From: a virus
Lineage: Duplodnaviria; Caudoviricetes
DNA: 56,658 nt
Strand: one strand, 5' to 3'
Virus record (IMG/VR): IMGVR_UViG_3300035565_000019
Span: 1-56,658 of that record
The notes beneath the pieces are model-generated. The model did not search any database. It saw nothing but the letters and a program-made list of their open reading frames with translations, and was not told the DNA's origin. The position numbers were made by a program, and so were the translations under genes. Positions 55,235-56,658 of this stretch are shown piece by piece (the stretch's first letter is position 1; the number at the start of each line of letters is the position of its first letter).

Positions 55235-56658
55235 AAGAAAAAATACGGCGCCAACGGCACAGAAGCTGGAAGATGGCGGGCTTAACAAAGAAGACGCGTC
55301 ATGGATGATACGCGCCCGTGCTGCCATGACTGCCTCTGTGTCATACTATGACAACAACCTGCGCCGCGATATAGACGACAGCATCAGGATGTTCAACAAC
55401 CAGCATCCTAATGACAGCAAGTATAACAGTGTTGCTTATGACAAACGGTCAAAACTCTTCCGTCCTAAAATTCGTTCGATTGCCCGCAAAAATGAAGCAG
55501 CTGGCGCAGCAGCATTCTTCTCTAATATGGAAGTCGTCGACATTCAGGCGCAAGACCAAGGCAATAAGATCGAGCAGGCAAGCGCCGAGGTAATGAAAGA
55601 GCTGTTGCAATACCGCTTGACAAAGTCTATTCCTTGGTTCCAGACTGTACTTGGCGGGTTGCAGGATGCTCAGTCGACAGGTGTTGTCTGCGCCCACATA
55701 TACTGGGAGTATAAGGCAAAGCCAAAAGGAAAAGATGAAGAAGTTACCGAAGAAGACAAGGCAGAGGAAGAAGACGAATATCCGAAGCAAGGAGAATTGC
55801 CAGAAGGCGCAGAGGCAATCGAGGCAAAAGCTCCTGAGATGGAGGCTGACGAGCAACGACCACCTTCTCAACTGGGCGCAATTCCTGCGCCTCTTCCGCA
55901 GGCAAGCGCAATGCAGCAAGGTGCGTCAGTTCTTCCTGCCGCTATGGGCGCTCAACCGTCGCCAATGGCACCGCCAGCCGCTGGTCAACCATCCGCGCAA
56001 CCTGCGCAGCCTACACCAGCCCCTGTTGCAGCCGAAGACGCGCCCTTAATTGACAGGCCAGTAGTAGACTTGATACCTGTCGAGAATTTGCGCATTGATC
56101 CTGCTGCAAACTGGATTGACCCTATCAACTCCTCCCCTTATGTCATCCATCTGATACCTATGTATATTATGGATGTCAAAGAGAAGATGGAAAAAGGCGA
56201 GTGGAATACATACAGTGAAGGTTCGCTTACTGCTGGCAATACTAAAGCAGACTCTACTCGCCTTGCGCGCCAAAAGAATCGCGACGATCAATATGGCAGT
56301 GACGGCAATGGAGTTGCTGATTACGAAATATGCTGGGTGCAGCGTCACATTCATCGTAAAGACGATGTTGATTGGGAATTTTATGTGCTTGGAGACGTTG
56401 GCCTGTTGTCCACGCCGAAACCTCTGAAAGAGTCTGTGTTCCACGGCAAGCGGCCTTATGTCATGGGCAATTGTATACTTGAAGCACATAAGAATTATCC
56501 TTCCAGCCTTGGCCAACTCGGTAAAGGTTTGCAGGACGAAGCCAATGAAGTTGTCAACCAGCGCATCGACAACGTGAAGTTCGTACTGAACAAAAAGTGG
56601 TTTATCAAGCGCGGCAAAGATGTGGATATTCAAGGTTTGGTGCGCAACGTACCAGGTG
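55224..56658 (+). CDS. Portal protein, N-terminal part (total ~774 aa after circularisation)
   Basis: Missing from the ORF track because it runs off the end; read manually MQPERKN...RSKLFRPKIRS...IPVENLRIDP; joins ORF 39-1013 in frame. Confidence 0.85.
   Translation, partial: MQPERKNTAPTAQKLEDGGLNKEDASWMIRARAAMTASVSYYDNNLRRDIDDSIRMFNNQHPNDSKYNSVAYDKRSKLFRPKIRSIARKNEAAGAAAFFSNMEVVDIQAQDQGNKIEQASAEVMKELLQYRLTKSIPWFQTVLGGLQDAQSTGVVCAHIYWEYKAKPKGKDEEVTEEDKAEEEDEYPKQGELPEGAEAIEAKAPEMEADEQRPPSQLGAIPAPLPQASAMQQGASVLPAAMGAQPSPMAPPAAGQPSAQPAQPTPAPVAAEDAPLIDRPVVDLIPVENLRIDPAANWIDPINSSPYVIHLIPMYIMDVKEKMEKGEWNTYSEGSLTAGNTKADSTRLARQKNRDDQYGSDGNGVADYEICWVQRHIHRKDDVDWEFYVLGDVGLLSTPKPLKESVFHGKRPYVMGNCILEAHKNYPSSLGQLGKGLQDEANEVVNQRIDNVKFVLNKKWFIKRGKDVDIQGLVRNVPG
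56536..56658. repeat. Terminal direct repeat, copy 2
   Basis: Identical to 1-123. Confidence 0.95.

Noticed and set aside
55411-56633. Several short ORFs listed in the track near the window end
   Set aside because: Alternative-frame or antisense shadows of the portal gene, which the track missed because it crosses the join

Overview
The window is a complete, circularly assembled ~56.5 kb tailed-phage genome; bases 1-123 repeat exactly at 56536-56658. It looks podovirus-like (P22/N4-type portal, head-completion and ejection proteins). No integrase, RNA polymerase, tRNA or CRISPR array was recognised, so it is probably lytic; a proteobacterial host is inferred only. The + strand late arm (48362 through the join to 26958) carries terminase, portal, scaffold, capsid, fibres, ejection proteins and lysis genes. 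The - strand arm (27088-45658) carries nucleotide metabolism and replication genes (PolA, SNF2 helicase, primase-helicase). A small + strand early block and a repeat-rich candidate origin lie at 45.7-48.3 kb. The most unusual features are: (1) a thymidylate-synthase homologue with Asp at the dUMP/dCMP specificity position, clustered with a dCMP deaminase and two all-alpha NTP pyrophosphatase-like genes (candidate cytosine-modification or alternative dTMP pathway), and interrupted in frame by an endonuclease domain without intein or intron signatures; (2) modifying enzymes embedded among virion genes (TylF O-methyltransferase, methyltransferase-GT9 fusion, AspH-type hydroxylase, cupin, PurD-like ATP-grasp), suggesting virion decoration; (3) an R-S-ExE ADP-ribosyltransferase among the ejection proteins; (4) a HAD phosphatase whose catalytic motif is only completed by a +1 shift at an RF2-type CTT-TGA-C site; (5) two conserved promoter classes with paralogous split ribbon-helix-helix regulators. 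All family assignments are from motif recognition by eye, not database searches.
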